Origin: an uncultured Acidobacteriota bacterium
GTDB taxonomy: Bacteria > Acidobacteriota > UBA6911
Reading direction: 5' to 3'
Assembly (NCBI GenBank): GCA_963827655.1
Contig: CAWHCF010000017.1
Location: 12,580 to 76,579 of the forward strand
Length of the DNA stretch: 64,000 nt
Shown here: in pieces, positions 19,344 through 27,856 of the stretch
How the letters are laid out: each line of letters begins with the position of its first letter
Position numbering within the stretch: position 1 is the stretch's first letter
The notes under the pieces: generated by a model
Databases searched by the model: none
The model's input: the letters and a program-made list of their open reading frames with translations, nothing else
What the model was told of the DNA's origin: nothing
Made by a program: the position numbers and the translations under genes

Positions 19344-19766
19344 ATGAAATCCTTGATCGCAATCTGTGTTCTGCTGCTATACGGTGCGCCGGAGTTGACG
19401 GCTAAGTGGCAAGGCCGTTCCGACGATTCGTCGGCTCCCAGAATCACCCTGGAAGAGTTCAAGAGACTTCTCGAGTCTGACAGTATCGTCGTGTTGGACG
19501 TGCGCAGCCCGGAATCTTACCGGGAAGGCCACATCCCCGGCGCGATCTCGATACCGAATGACGCGGTCGTTTCCCGCGTGAATGAGTTGAAGGGATTCAA
19601 GAAGCCGATTGTCACCTATTGCAGTTGATCGGCCGAACAGACCAGCGCCCGTGCGGTGCTGACGCTGCAGAGCCTGGGAATCGGCAAGGCGAGCGCTCTC
19701 CTGGGGGGCTACCGCGCGTGGCAAGCCGAAGGTAAACCCGTGGTCAAGGGCGACAAACCCAGGTAA
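19344..19766 (+). CDS. Periplasmic single-domain rhodanese (sulfurtransferase) with in-frame TGA at 19626-19628. It is either a candidate selenocysteine codon or a nonsense mutation.
   Basis: The ORF track ends at ...KKPIVTYCS*. The same frame continues SAEQTSARAVLTLQSLGIGKASALLGGYRAWQAEGKPVVKGDKPR to TAA 19764-19766, which is the missing C-terminal third of the rhodanese fold. Signal peptide MKSLIAICVLLLYGAPELTA. Confidence 0.6.
19631..19674 (+). promoter_or_regulatory. SECIS-like stem-loop immediately 3' of the in-frame UGA
   Basis: Hand-folded. Upper stem is 19643-19649 (CAGCGCC) paired with 19655-19661 (GGUGCUG, one G-U pair), with loop CGUGC (19650-19654). Lower pairs are C42:G64, 19638-40 with 19665-67, and 19631-33 with 19672-74. 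The loop GU sits 26-27 nt from the U of UGA. Confidence 0.4.
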
Positions 19767-19822
19767 TTGAGAATTCCTCACCACCAATTAGGCGCAGCGC
19801 GCCAAGATTCGCCGAAGAGGGG

Positions 19823-20617
19823 CTACTCGTAGTATTGCGCGATCGCTTCCAGCAGTGATTCAGTCGTGTTTTCGCGAGCCCGGATCTCGGGCTGCTTGCC
19901 CAAGGATTCCACGGTTCCGGCTGTGATCGGTCCCAGAACCGCAACGTTTGCGGTTCGAAGGATGCGTTTCCCCTCCGGGTCGCCCATCAACTTCACAAAA
20001 TTGCTCACGGTCAAGGAACTGGTAAAGACGATCAGGTCCGGAACCTGGTTTAGAAGAGTGTTGAGGGTCGATTCCTCCACCTTGGGCAATACGCTCTCGT
20101 AGCAGGCCACAACATCGACCCGCGCACCGGCGGACTCGAGGGCGCGCGGCAGCACATCCCGCCCTTCCTTCGCGCGGGGAATCAGGATATGCCGGCCGGC
20201 CAGATGTTCAAGTCCGCCATGGAATTCGGTAAGCGCGCGGACAACGCCTTCGGCCACAAAATCGTCGGGAATCAAGTGGACTTCAACGCCGGCGTCCATC
20301 AAGGCCGCGGCGGTAGCAGGTCCTACCGCGCAAACCTTTGGATTGCGCAAGCGCTCCATCGGGATACCTCGCTCGGTCATCCGCCGGAAGAAATAGTGCG
20401 CCCCGTAGGAGCTGGTGAAGATGATCCAGGCGTATGCTTCGAGAACGTCCAGCGATGCATCGATAGGGTCGGTATCGCCGATTTCCTGGATTTTAATGGT
20501 CGGAAACGGGATGACTCGGGCGCCAAGCCGGGCGAGACCGGCGGACAGCCGGGTCGATTTCAGCTCGCTGGCGGTCAGAACCACGATCTTGTTTTCGAGC
20601 GGCAAGTGAGCGGTCAT
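19823..20617 (-). CDS. hemD: Uroporphyrinogen-III synthase
   Basis: ORF 19823..20743. ATG 20617 (MTAHLPLENKIVVLT...) lies 13 nt after the hemC stop. It has a two-lobe HemD-like sequence (family-level resemblance) and the operon position hemA-hemC-hemD. Confidence 0.7.
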   Translation of the reverse strand: MTAHLPLENKIVVLTASELKSTRLSAGLARLGARVIPFPTIKIQEIGDTDPIDASLDVLEAYAWIIFTSSYGAHYFFRRMTERGIPMERLRNPKVCAVGPATAAALMDAGVEVHLIPDDFVAEGVVRALTEFHGGLEHLAGRHILIPRAKEGRDVLPRALESAGARVDVVACYESVLPKVEESTLNTLLNQVPDLIVFTSSLTVSNFVKLMGDPEGKRILRTANVAVLGPITAGTVESLGKQPEIRARENTTESLLEAIAQYYE

Positions 20618-20630
20618 TCGACCCACGAAG

Positions 20631-21545
20631 TCAAGCCGGACCCCGGAGAATCTCCTCACCTCCATCGGCGAGAATTTTATCCGCGAGCGATTGTGCGGCT
20701 TTTTCTGCAAGGTGTAGTGGTTGCGAGATCGATGCGCGAACAAACTTGCTGCCGTCCGGGGTTGAAACCAAGCCGTCGATTTCCAGGATCTTGTCTTCGA
20801 GACTTGCGTGGACGGCGATGGGGCTGTTGCATCCGCCCTTCAACCGGCGCAGGAAAGCCCGTTCCGCCAGCACGGCCGTGGCGGTAGGACGATGGTTCAG
20901 AAATGCGATCATTTCGGACACTCGCTTGTCGTTTTTTCGCGTTTCGAGCCCCAGCGCTCCCTGGCCCGGCGCCGGCAGCATTTCGTTCAGCTCGAGACGA
21001 GCGCTGATGCGATCCTGCATCCCGAGACGATTGAGTCCCGCGCAGGCAAGAATGATGGCATCGTAGTTTCCATCGTCGAGTTTTCTCAAACGGGTGTCGA
21101 CATTGCCGCGGATGTCGCGGACCTTCAAATCAGGACGGGCGGCAAGGATCTGGGCCTGGCGGCGCACGCTCCCGGTCCCGACGACCGCGCCCGAAGGGAG
21201 GGCCTCCAGACTCTGGGCCCCGTTTCTGCTGATAAGCGCGTCGCGGGCATCCTCTCGGATGGGGATGGCGCTGATCTCCAGAGGACCTGGAATGGAAGTG
21301 GGCATATCTTTCATGCTGTGAACGGCCAGGTCGATCTCCGCCGCCTCCAGGGCTTCCTCGATCTCTTTTACGAAGACCCCGCGGGCCGACCCGGATCGGA
21401 TCGAGGCCTTTGCGTCTTGATCGCCGGTGGTCTTGAAGATTTGGATCGTGACTTCGAGGTCAGAAAACCGGTCGAGGACTTGTCTTCTCACCCACTGGGC
21501 CTGGGCCTGGGCCAGCACGCTGCCGCGAGAACCGATCCTTAACAT
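20631..21545 (-). CDS. hemC: Hydroxymethylbilane synthase (porphobilinogen deaminase)
   Basis: 304 aa, starting MLRIGSRGSVLAQAQAQWV, with RGNVDTRLRKL and the cofactor-Cys motif GGCNSPIAVHA. Confidence 0.9.
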   Translation of the reverse strand: MLRIGSRGSVLAQAQAQWVRRQVLDRFSDLEVTIQIFKTTGDQDAKASIRSGSARGVFVKEIEEALEAAEIDLAVHSMKDMPTSIPGPLEISAIPIREDARDALISRNGAQSLEALPSGAVVGTGSVRRQAQILAARPDLKVRDIRGNVDTRLRKLDDGNYDAIILACAGLNRLGMQDRISARLELNEMLPAPGQGALGLETRKNDKRVSEMIAFLNHRPTATAVLAERAFLRRLKGGCNSPIAVHASLEDKILEIDGLVSTPDGSKFVRASISQPLHLAEKAAQSLADKILADGGEEILRGPA

Positions 21546-21558
21546 TGCAGATCTACTC

Positions 21559-21709
21559 GATTGCAGATTGCTGATTGCGGATTGCGGATTGCGGATTGCA
21601 GATTTTTACAAGCAAGAGTCATCTGATTTTCCTGGTCTGCAATCGGAACCCCGACTATCCAGCAAATCCGGTTTTTCAATCCGCAATCCGCAATCTGAAT
21701 TGCAATCGG
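21559..21709. repeat. Heptamer arrays (GATTGCG)n and (CGCAATC)n forming a long inverted repeat in the hemA-hemC spacer
   Basis: GATTGCA GATTGCT GATTGCG GATTGCG GATTGCG GATTGCA (21559-21600) faces CAATCCG CAATCCG CAATCTG..CAATCGG (21677-21709). Extra units sit at 21638-21646 and 21662-21670. Confidence 0.85.
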
Positions 21710-23071
21710 CTAGGTTTCGCTGTTTTTCTGCAACTTGAAAATACGCCTGATGGTGTCCAGATAGGCTTCATCGTGCAAGGAATCATGGCTCATGCTCTTC
21801 ATTTGCGTGATGAGCGGGTGCGCGATTTTGCCCGCAATGCGCGATACCATCCACTCGAGCTCCTGCAGTTCCTTCTCACTGCGCGGGCCGGATCTTTTGA
21901 GATAGCGTTCGAGTTCCGCCTGGCAGATCTCTTCAATCCGGCGTTGAAGCTGTGCGACCACCGGGCTCCGGTCCAGCGAGCGCAGGCGGGCGCAGAAGGA
22001 TTCCACCTCCTGTTCCACGATCTTCTCGGCAAGAACCGCTTCCTTGCGCCGTTCCTGGAGGTTGGCGTCGACCACTGCGCCGAGATCATCGACGTTGTAG
22101 TAGAAAACATTATCGATCGTGCCCACCCGTGGATCGACATTCCGGGGGACTGAAATGTCGATGAACACAATAGGTTCATTCTTGCGCTGCATCATGACTT
22201 CTTCGGCCATCGGCCGGGCTATGAGAATCTCCGGCGAGCCGGTCGAGGTAAGGACGACATCAGACAAAGATATCCACTTCATCAGGTTGTCGAAAGGAAC
22301 GGCTTCACCCCTGAATTTTTGAGCCAGATCGTGCGCTGCCGCCGGGCTGCGATTGGCCACGCGGATAAGTTTGGCCCCGGCTCCTGCCAGATGGCGGACT
22401 GCGAGTTCCCCCATCTTACCGGCTCCGACGATCAGAATGGCGGCTTTTCGCAGCTCTCCGAGGATCTTGCGCGCGAGGTCGACGGCAGCCGAACTCACTG
22501 ATACCGCGTAGTCTCCGATGCTGGTTTCAGAACGGACACGCTTGGCGGTGTGGAAAGCCGCCTGGAGCAACCCGTTGAGGTAGGTCCCCGTCGTGCCGGC
22601 CTCAACCGCGATGCTGTAAAACGATTTCAACTGACCAAGGATCTGGGGCTCTCCCAGAATCATCGAGTCGAGCGAGCTGGCAACCCGGAAGACATGCCGG
22701 ATGGCCTGATCATCGTGGTAACGGTAAAGCTTCCGGGAGAGGTGCTCGCCGGTCAGACTGCTGGTTTCGCTCAGGAACGATTCGAGAGTCTCCAGTCCTT
22801 CAGGCTTTTTTTCAACCCGGGCAAGAAGTTCGACTCGATTGCATGTGGAGAAGATTATCACCTCCTCCACGCCGGGGCGTCCCGCCAGCCGGCGCAGAGC
22901 TTCAGGCAAACCCGATTCGTCGAAGGAGGCAAGCTCGCGCGTCTCCAGGCCGGCGGTCCGGTGATTGAGTCCAACCAAAAGGAGGTTCAAAATCGAATTA
23001 CCCGAAGAGGACTTGAGACGCCGCAGTTGTGAGCGGACCAGACCTGAGGCCGTCTCGACTGCCAATCGCAT
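21710..23071 (-). CDS. hemA: Glutamyl-tRNA reductase
   Basis: Carries LLLVGLNHRTAGLETRE, the catalytic Cys in FSTCNRVELL, and the NADPH site VGAGKMGELA. 453-aa ORF; the exact start is uncertain. Confidence 0.9.
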   Translation of the reverse strand: MRLAVETASGLVRSQLRRLKSSSGNSILNLLLVGLNHRTAGLETRELASFDESGLPEALRRLAGRPGVEEVIIFSTCNRVELLARVEKKPEGLETLESFLSETSSLTGEHLSRKLYRYHDDQAIRHVFRVASSLDSMILGEPQILGQLKSFYSIAVEAGTTGTYLNGLLQAAFHTAKRVRSETSIGDYAVSVSSAAVDLARKILGELRKAAILIVGAGKMGELAVRHLAGAGAKLIRVANRSPAAAHDLAQKFRGEAVPFDNLMKWISLSDVVLTSTGSPEILIARPMAEEVMMQRKNEPIVFIDISVPRNVDPRVGTIDNVFYYNVDDLGAVVDANLQERRKEAVLAEKIVEQEVESFCARLRSLDRSPVVAQLQRRIEEICQAELERYLKRSGPRSEKELQELEWMVSRIAGKIAHPLITQMKSMSHDSLHDEAYLDTIRRIFKLQKNSET

Positions 23072-23128
23072 CGCGTCGCCGAAACAAACTCCAGCGGCGC
23101 CCTGCGGCGGCGCTCGCGTGTGCCATGA

Positions 23129-23935
23129 TCATAAATACGCGTGCAGGCTCCTGAACCAGCTCATGCTGAATGTAAAGAGCGCCGAAACAAAACCAACGAT
23201 GCTGATGTACGCCGCTCGGCGGCCACGCCAGGACGAGGAGAGGCGGTATAGAACCAGGATCAGATAGATGGCCCAGGTGATCAGCGAGGTGGTCTGTTTC
23301 GGATCCCAGCTCCAAAAATGGCCCCAGGCTTGCTGGGCCCAGAACGCGCCAGTAATAATCGTAATACTCATGAGGACGAAGCCCGCAAAAAGCGATCGCC
23401 TCAACAGTTCATCGCAGACCTGTAATGAGGGCAACCTGAAATAGAAAAAGCGAAACTTCTTGGACTTCAGCTCTTTCTCCTGGATCAAATAGAGGACCCC
23501 TGAAATGAAGGTCAAGAAGAAGGCCGCATACGCCAGGAATGCCACGCTCCCGTGGAAATAGACCCAGTTGCTTTTCAGAATCGGCGGAATGGCGTGATTT
23601 TCCTCCCAGGCGAGCTCGGACAGGATCATCAAGGAGGAAACCAGGGGCAAGACGAACGCACCGAGCACGTTGATCTTGTAGCGGAAGTAAGCCACGATAA
23701 AAGTCAGGGTAAGGCTCCAGGCAAAGAAACAAAGAGATTCCGGGAGGTTGGTAATGGGGAAGTGCCGGCGCTCGATCCCCAGGAGGATCAAGAAGGCAGT
23801 GTGGGAAGCAAACCCGGCGACGACAAGTATCAACGCGAGATTGATGAATAGTTTCCGCTTTTGATAGAAACCGAACAGGGAATGGAGGAGGCCCACCGCA
23901 TAGAGGGCCATTGTAATCTGCAAGACCCAAGCCAT
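23129..23935 (-). CDS. Cytochrome c assembly protein family (CcsA/HemX-like) membrane protein
   Basis: 268 aa and polytopic. It has the Trp-rich motif WAQQAWGHFWSWDPKQTTSLITW and sits directly upstream of hemA, as in hemAXCD-type clusters. Confidence 0.75.
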   Translation of the reverse strand: MAWVLQITMALYAVGLLHSLFGFYQKRKLFINLALILVVAGFASHTAFLILLGIERRHFPITNLPESLCFFAWSLTLTFIVAYFRYKINVLGAFVLPLVSSLMILSELAWEENHAIPPILKSNWVYFHGSVAFLAYAAFFLTFISGVLYLIQEKELKSKKFRFFYFRLPSLQVCDELLRRSLFAGFVLMSITIITGAFWAQQAWGHFWSWDPKQTTSLITWAIYLILVLYRLSSSWRGRRAAYISIVGFVSALFTFSMSWFRSLHAYL

Positions 23936-24027
23936 GGAGATGACTCAAGAAGTCAAAATGTTAACACTTGCGCTGGACCACTCCAACCGAAAAGGTTCTT
24001 CGCGGCTTCCTGTCTTTAAAGGCCACC

Positions 24028-24180
24028 CCTAAGGGTTCGTGCAGAAATAAGTTCGCATTCTGCTGCGCCCCAGGCCCGACGGGGCGCGATCCTCAGCGTG
24101 CTTAGCGAACAGAAACCGGTTCATGATTAACCACCGACTCTCGCGCCAGAATGTGAAGTTATTTCTGCGCGAGCCCTAAG
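24028..24180. mobile_element. MITE-like palindromic element, copy 2 (~152 bp)
   Basis: Same terminal inverted repeats and core as copies 1 and 3. Flanked by TAAG on both sides. Intergenic, between the ccsA-like gene and the M50 protease gene. Confidence 0.8.
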
Positions 24181-24209
24181 ACGCGAAGACGCTAAGAAAC
24201 ACAAAGAAG

Positions 24210-24953
24210 GTGTGCTATAGTTTCGTTTTTTTTCAGTCATCCCGGAGCGCCGCGCGGGTGGATTTTATTCAGAGAATCGACATTGCGACTTTACTCATTC
24301 AATTTGCGGTTCTTCTCTTCTCGCTGAGCATTCACGAAGCATCCCATGCCTGGGTGGCCGACCGATTCGGCGACTACACCGCCAGGTATTTGGGGCGGGT
24401 GACGCTAAACCCAGTGGCCCACATCGATCCGATCGGCACCCTGCTGTTTCCGATTATTGCGATTGTGACCGGCCTTCCCCTTATTGGCTGGGCAAAACCG
24501 GTACCGGTAAACTCGGTACATCTCTCGAATCCTCGGCGGGACCAGATCTATATCTCGCTCGCCGGCCCGGCTTCCAACCTGCTGGCGGCCGCGGCCGCCT
24601 TCGCCTTTCTTGCGGCAATAAAGTTTGCATCCACTCACGCTGGCGCTCTGGTCGACAATATGGTGATTACGATGAGAATCCCGAGTGAGAAATCGGCACT
24701 GGCGCCAATCCTCGGGATGCTGTTCTTCATCGCGCTTATGAATCTTGCGCTTGCTCTTTTTAACGTTATCCCTATTCCCCCTCTGGACGGGCACTGGGTG
24801 CTCTACGGGTTACTCCCCTCTGGGGCCGCCCAGATCATGGACCGCATGAGCTCCTACGGAATTCTGATACTTTGGGGATTGATGCTTTTCGGGGCATTCA
24901 ACTTCATTTTCGAATGGCCCCGGAATGTGCTGGGCCTTTTGTATTATCTTTAA
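24210..24953 (+). CDS. Site-2 protease family (M50) membrane metalloprotease
   Basis: HEASHAW (HExxH) in a TM helix, and a polytopic 247-aa ORF with a later LDG motif (PIPPLDGHW). Confidence 0.8.
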   Translation: MCYSFVFFQSSRSAARVDFIQRIDIATLLIQFAVLLFSLSIHEASHAWVADRFGDYTARYLGRVTLNPVAHIDPIGTLLFPIIAIVTGLPLIGWAKPVPVNSVHLSNPRRDQIYISLAGPASNLLAAAAAFAFLAAIKFASTHAGALVDNMVITMRIPSEKSALAPILGMLFFIALMNLALALFNVIPIPPLDGHWVLYGLLPSGAAQIMDRMSSYGILILWGLMLFGAFNFIFEWPRNVLGLLYYL

Positions 24954-24959
24954 GAGTCT

Positions 24960-25715
24960 ATGGACAGTAACAATCTGCTCGATTCCCAAGGCGAATCGTC
25001 GACGGCATCGACCATCACGATCAAGTTGGATGGCTTCGAGGGTCCGCTCGATCTTCTGCTTCATCTACTTAAACGAGAGGAGATCGATATCTGGAATATT
25101 CCCATTGCCCGCATCACAGAGCAATACCTGGAATATCTCCAGCTCATGAAGGACCTGAATATTAACGTTGCGGGCGAGTGGCTGGTGATGGCGGCTACTC
25201 TGATTCACATCAAGTCGCGAATGCTTCTGCCCCCAGATCCCGTGGCGGCCGCGCCCGAAGCGTCGGATGATCCCCGGACCGACCTGGTCTACCAGCTTCT
25301 GGAACACCAGAAATTCAAGAATGCGGCTCAGATGCTTTACACCCGAGAAGAAGTGGAGAACGCGGTTTGGAGCAGTCCCCCTCGTGAAGTACTGGAAGGC
25401 GAGAAGGACGTCGTTGCCGTCAGCCTGTTCGATCTGTTGAAGGCGTTTCACGACATTGTGAAGCGTTTCGAAGCGCAGCGCGCTCTGGAACTGGGGGGAG
25501 AGGAGGTTTCCATCGATGAGAAAATCGCCGAAATCAGGCGCCTTCTTCTGATACACGACAGCATGGTGTTTTCCGCATTCTTCGCTCGATCTCCGTCAAA
25601 ACACCACCTGATTGTGACGTTCCTCGCGCTGCTCGAACTGGTAAGACTGCACGAAATCTGGCTTTATCAACTCAAATCCTTCGACGAAATCCACATCAGC
25701 AAAGGGAAACGGTAG
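24960..25715 (+). CDS. scpA: Segregation and condensation protein A
   Basis: LDGFEGPLDLLLHLLKREEIDIWNIPIARITEQYLEYL is the ScpA signature N-terminus. It is followed by scpB. Confidence 0.9.
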   Translation: MDSNNLLDSQGESSTASTITIKLDGFEGPLDLLLHLLKREEIDIWNIPIARITEQYLEYLQLMKDLNINVAGEWLVMAATLIHIKSRMLLPPDPVAAAPEASDDPRTDLVYQLLEHQKFKNAAQMLYTREEVENAVWSSPPREVLEGEKDVVAVSLFDLLKAFHDIVKRFEAQRALELGGEEVSIDEKIAEIRRLLLIHDSMVFSAFFARSPSKHHLIVTFLALLELVRLHEIWLYQLKSFDEIHISKGKR

Positions 25716-25730
25716 GGACTCCCCAAAGCT

Positions 25731-26288
25731 GTGTCCCGCCCAATGAATATGGAAGTTGATGAGCTGCTACCGATACTCGAAGCGATCATCTACGTCGCGG
25801 ATCAGCCGGTTAAACGCGATCAGTTCAGAGAGATTCTGCCGGACGAAAGCTCCGACAAGATCGAGTTGGCGCTGGCCAAGCTGATGGATGAATTCAACTC
25901 GCGGCCCGGAGGAATGATCATTCGCGAGGTGGCCGGCGGTCTCAAAATGACGACGCGTCCTGAGTATCACGAGCACGTGCGCGCGTATCTGAAAACAAAG
26001 CCGAGCGCGAAACTTTCGATGGCATCCCTTGAAACTCTGGCCGTGGTTGCCTACAGGCAACCCGTTACGCTAGCCGAGATCCTCGCAATTCGCGGCAAGA
26101 AATCATCCACTGCGCTCAATACTCTTCTGGAAAAAAAGCTGGTTGCGATTGTTGGGCGCAAGCCTGTGGTCGGCAGGCCGATTCTCTATGGTACCTCGCG
26201 CGAGTTCCTGATTCATTTTGGCCTGAAGGATCTTTCAGATTTGCCCACTCTGGAAGAGTTTGCGGAAATTGCCGGCGAGCGGCTGTGA
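25731..26288 (+). CDS. scpB: Segregation and condensation protein B
   Basis: LEAIIYVADQPV...SLETLAVVAYRQPVTLAEILAIRG...PILYGTSREFLIHFGL has typical ScpB winged-helix repeats. Confidence 0.9.
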   Translation: MSRPMNMEVDELLPILEAIIYVADQPVKRDQFREILPDESSDKIELALAKLMDEFNSRPGGMIIREVAGGLKMTTRPEYHEHVRAYLKTKPSAKLSMASLETLAVVAYRQPVTLAEILAIRGKKSSTALNTLLEKKLVAIVGRKPVVGRPILYGTSREFLIHFGLKDLSDLPTLEEFAEIAGERL

Positions 26289-27017
26289 GTGATGGCCGAG
26301 CGACTTCAGAAGATAATCTCTGCAGCCGGACTAGCGTCGCGCCGCAAGGCCGAGGTTCTGATCATGGACGGGAGGGTCACCGTCAACGGCGAGCTTGTCA
26401 GGAAACTGGGAACCAAGGCTGACCCTTTCCGAGACCACATCAAGGTCGATGGCAAGTTGATACGGCAACTCCCGCCGAAGGTCTATTTGCTGCTCAACAA
26501 GCCGCGGGGAGTGATCTCTTCCGTGGCAGACCCGCAGGGCCGCGTCAAGGTCACCGATCTGGTGAAAACCAAGGAAAGAGTCTATCCTGTAGGACGTCTT
26601 GATTATGATACTGAAGGATTAATCCTTCTCACCAATGACGGCGGCTTTGCGCGCATCGTGAGCAGCGCCGGCGCGCACATCTCGAAGGTGTATCATGTGA
26701 AGGTCAAAGGCAAGCCCGAAGTGGCTTCATTGACGCGGCTCAAGGAAGGGCTGCCGCTGAAGGATGGTCGACACCTCGCTCCTTCAAAGATTCGGACCTT
26801 GCGGGAAGGAAGCAATAGCTGGTACGAGGTTACGCTGACTCAAGGCAAGAACCAGCAGATTCGCAAGATGTTTGAGGCGGTTGGCCACAGGGTCCTCAAG
26901 CTGCGGCGCGTTGCCATAGGATTCCTTACCGGATCAGGGCTTGAGGTGGGCGCTTACCGGCGGCTGAATGAGCGAGAAGTTGCCCGCATCTTAAGACTGG
27001 GCCGGCAGCTCGATTGA
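26289..27017 (+). CDS. rluB: 23S rRNA pseudouridine synthase, RsuA/RluB family
   Basis: N-terminal S4 domain (RLQKIISAAGLASRRKAEVLIMDGRVTVNG) and catalytic motif GRLDYDTEGLILLTNDG. Confidence 0.85.
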   Translation: MMAERLQKIISAAGLASRRKAEVLIMDGRVTVNGELVRKLGTKADPFRDHIKVDGKLIRQLPPKVYLLLNKPRGVISSVADPQGRVKVTDLVKTKERVYPVGRLDYDTEGLILLTNDGGFARIVSSAGAHISKVYHVKVKGKPEVASLTRLKEGLPLKDGRHLAPSKIRTLREGSNSWYEVTLTQGKNQQIRKMFEAVGHRVLKLRRVAIGFLTGSGLEVGAYRRLNEREVARILRLGRQLD

Positions 27018-27208
27018 CTTTGAGGTCTCAACTGCTCCAGGTACGTCACGTATTGCGACAGTACTTGGGTTCGATACGATTCTGCGCAGCTCCAGCGCTG
27101 CAGCAGCGAATGCACGCTGGGTCAGGCAGCTACATCTGCGCCGCAGACGATCGCACTCGTGCGCGCGCAGGGCTTGCAGAGAAGCAGTACTCCGAGCACG
27201 GCAGGAGT

Positions 27209-27856
27209 ATGTTTACCGGGATTATTGAGGAGACCGGCGCCGTCCAACGTTTGAGTGTCGGTTCGCAGGGCGCAACTCTCACGATCGCCGGGGCGAGCAT
27301 CATACCCGGCATGAAGCCTGGGGACTCCGTAGCCGTGAACGGTGTTTGCCTGACCGTGACTGAATGCAACTCCGGGATGTTTTCCTGCGATCTTTCCGCC
27401 GAGACCCTTGAACGCACTACGCTGCGCTGTCTCACTCCGGGGTTGGCGGTTAACCTGGAACGACCGTTGGCGTTCGGCGATCGTCTGGGCGGACATTTTG
27501 TCATGGGACACGTGGATGCGGTAGGAAGCCTGATTTCCAGGAAGCCCTCCGGAGAGGGTTCGATAATGTTTTTCGGTTATCCGACGGAGTTGGAACGATA
27601 CCTTGTTTATAAAGGCTCCGTCGCGGTAGATGGCATAAGCCTTACGATCGCTTCACTCGGCCAACGCTGCTTCAGCGTCGCGATTATTCCTCATACTCTG
27701 GACGCGACCAATCTTCGCGATTTGAGACCGGGAGCCTCGGTGAACCTCGAAGTCGATCTACTCGGAAAATACCTGGAGCGATTTTTTCACCTCGGCCTCA
27801 CCGGAAAACCCTCTGCGAGTTTGACCGAGGAGTATCTCAAGGAGCAGGGATTCTGA
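27209..27856 (+). CDS. ribE: Riboflavin synthase (alpha chain)
   Basis: MFTGIIEETGAV... is the canonical N-terminus. ATG 27209 is preceded by AGGAG. Two internal repeats carry GDSVAVNGVCLTV and GSVAVDGISLTI. The ORF track start at 27014 is a spurious extension. Confidence 0.9.
   Translation: MFTGIIEETGAVQRLSVGSQGATLTIAGASIIPGMKPGDSVAVNGVCLTVTECNSGMFSCDLSAETLERTTLRCLTPGLAVNLERPLAFGDRLGGHFVMGHVDAVGSLISRKPSGEGSIMFFGYPTELERYLVYKGSVAVDGISLTIASLGQRCFSVAIIPHTLDATNLRDLRPGASVNLEVDLLGKYLERFFHLGLTGKPSASLTEEYLKEQGF

Noticed and set aside
19626-19628. The TGA in the rhodanese gene as evidence for a reassigned genetic code
   Set aside because: TGA terminates several well-supported genes in this window at the expected protein ends (ppsR at 16191-16193, the SpoIIAA-like gene at 35474-35476, ggt at 51122-51124). 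The standard code applies.
21559-21709. Could the heptamer arrays be a CRISPR array or a coding repeat?
   Set aside because: The period is 7 nt with no spacers, far below CRISPR repeat or spacer size. Seven is not a multiple of 3, and the ORFs through them (IADCGLRIADCGLQI...) are translation artefacts.
27060-27085. tRNA-like GGGTTCGATACGATTC (T-arm-like string)
   Set aside because: No complementary T-stem, acceptor stem or anticodon arm can be drawn around it. I saw no tRNA anywhere in the window.
27017-27208. FMN (RFN) riboswitch upstream of ribE, and likewise at 29385-29490 upstream of ribBA
   Set aside because: I could not find the conserved RFN core (the GGGGCAGGGTGAAATTCCC...CCGGCGGT... 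type segments) in either leader. Not reported.
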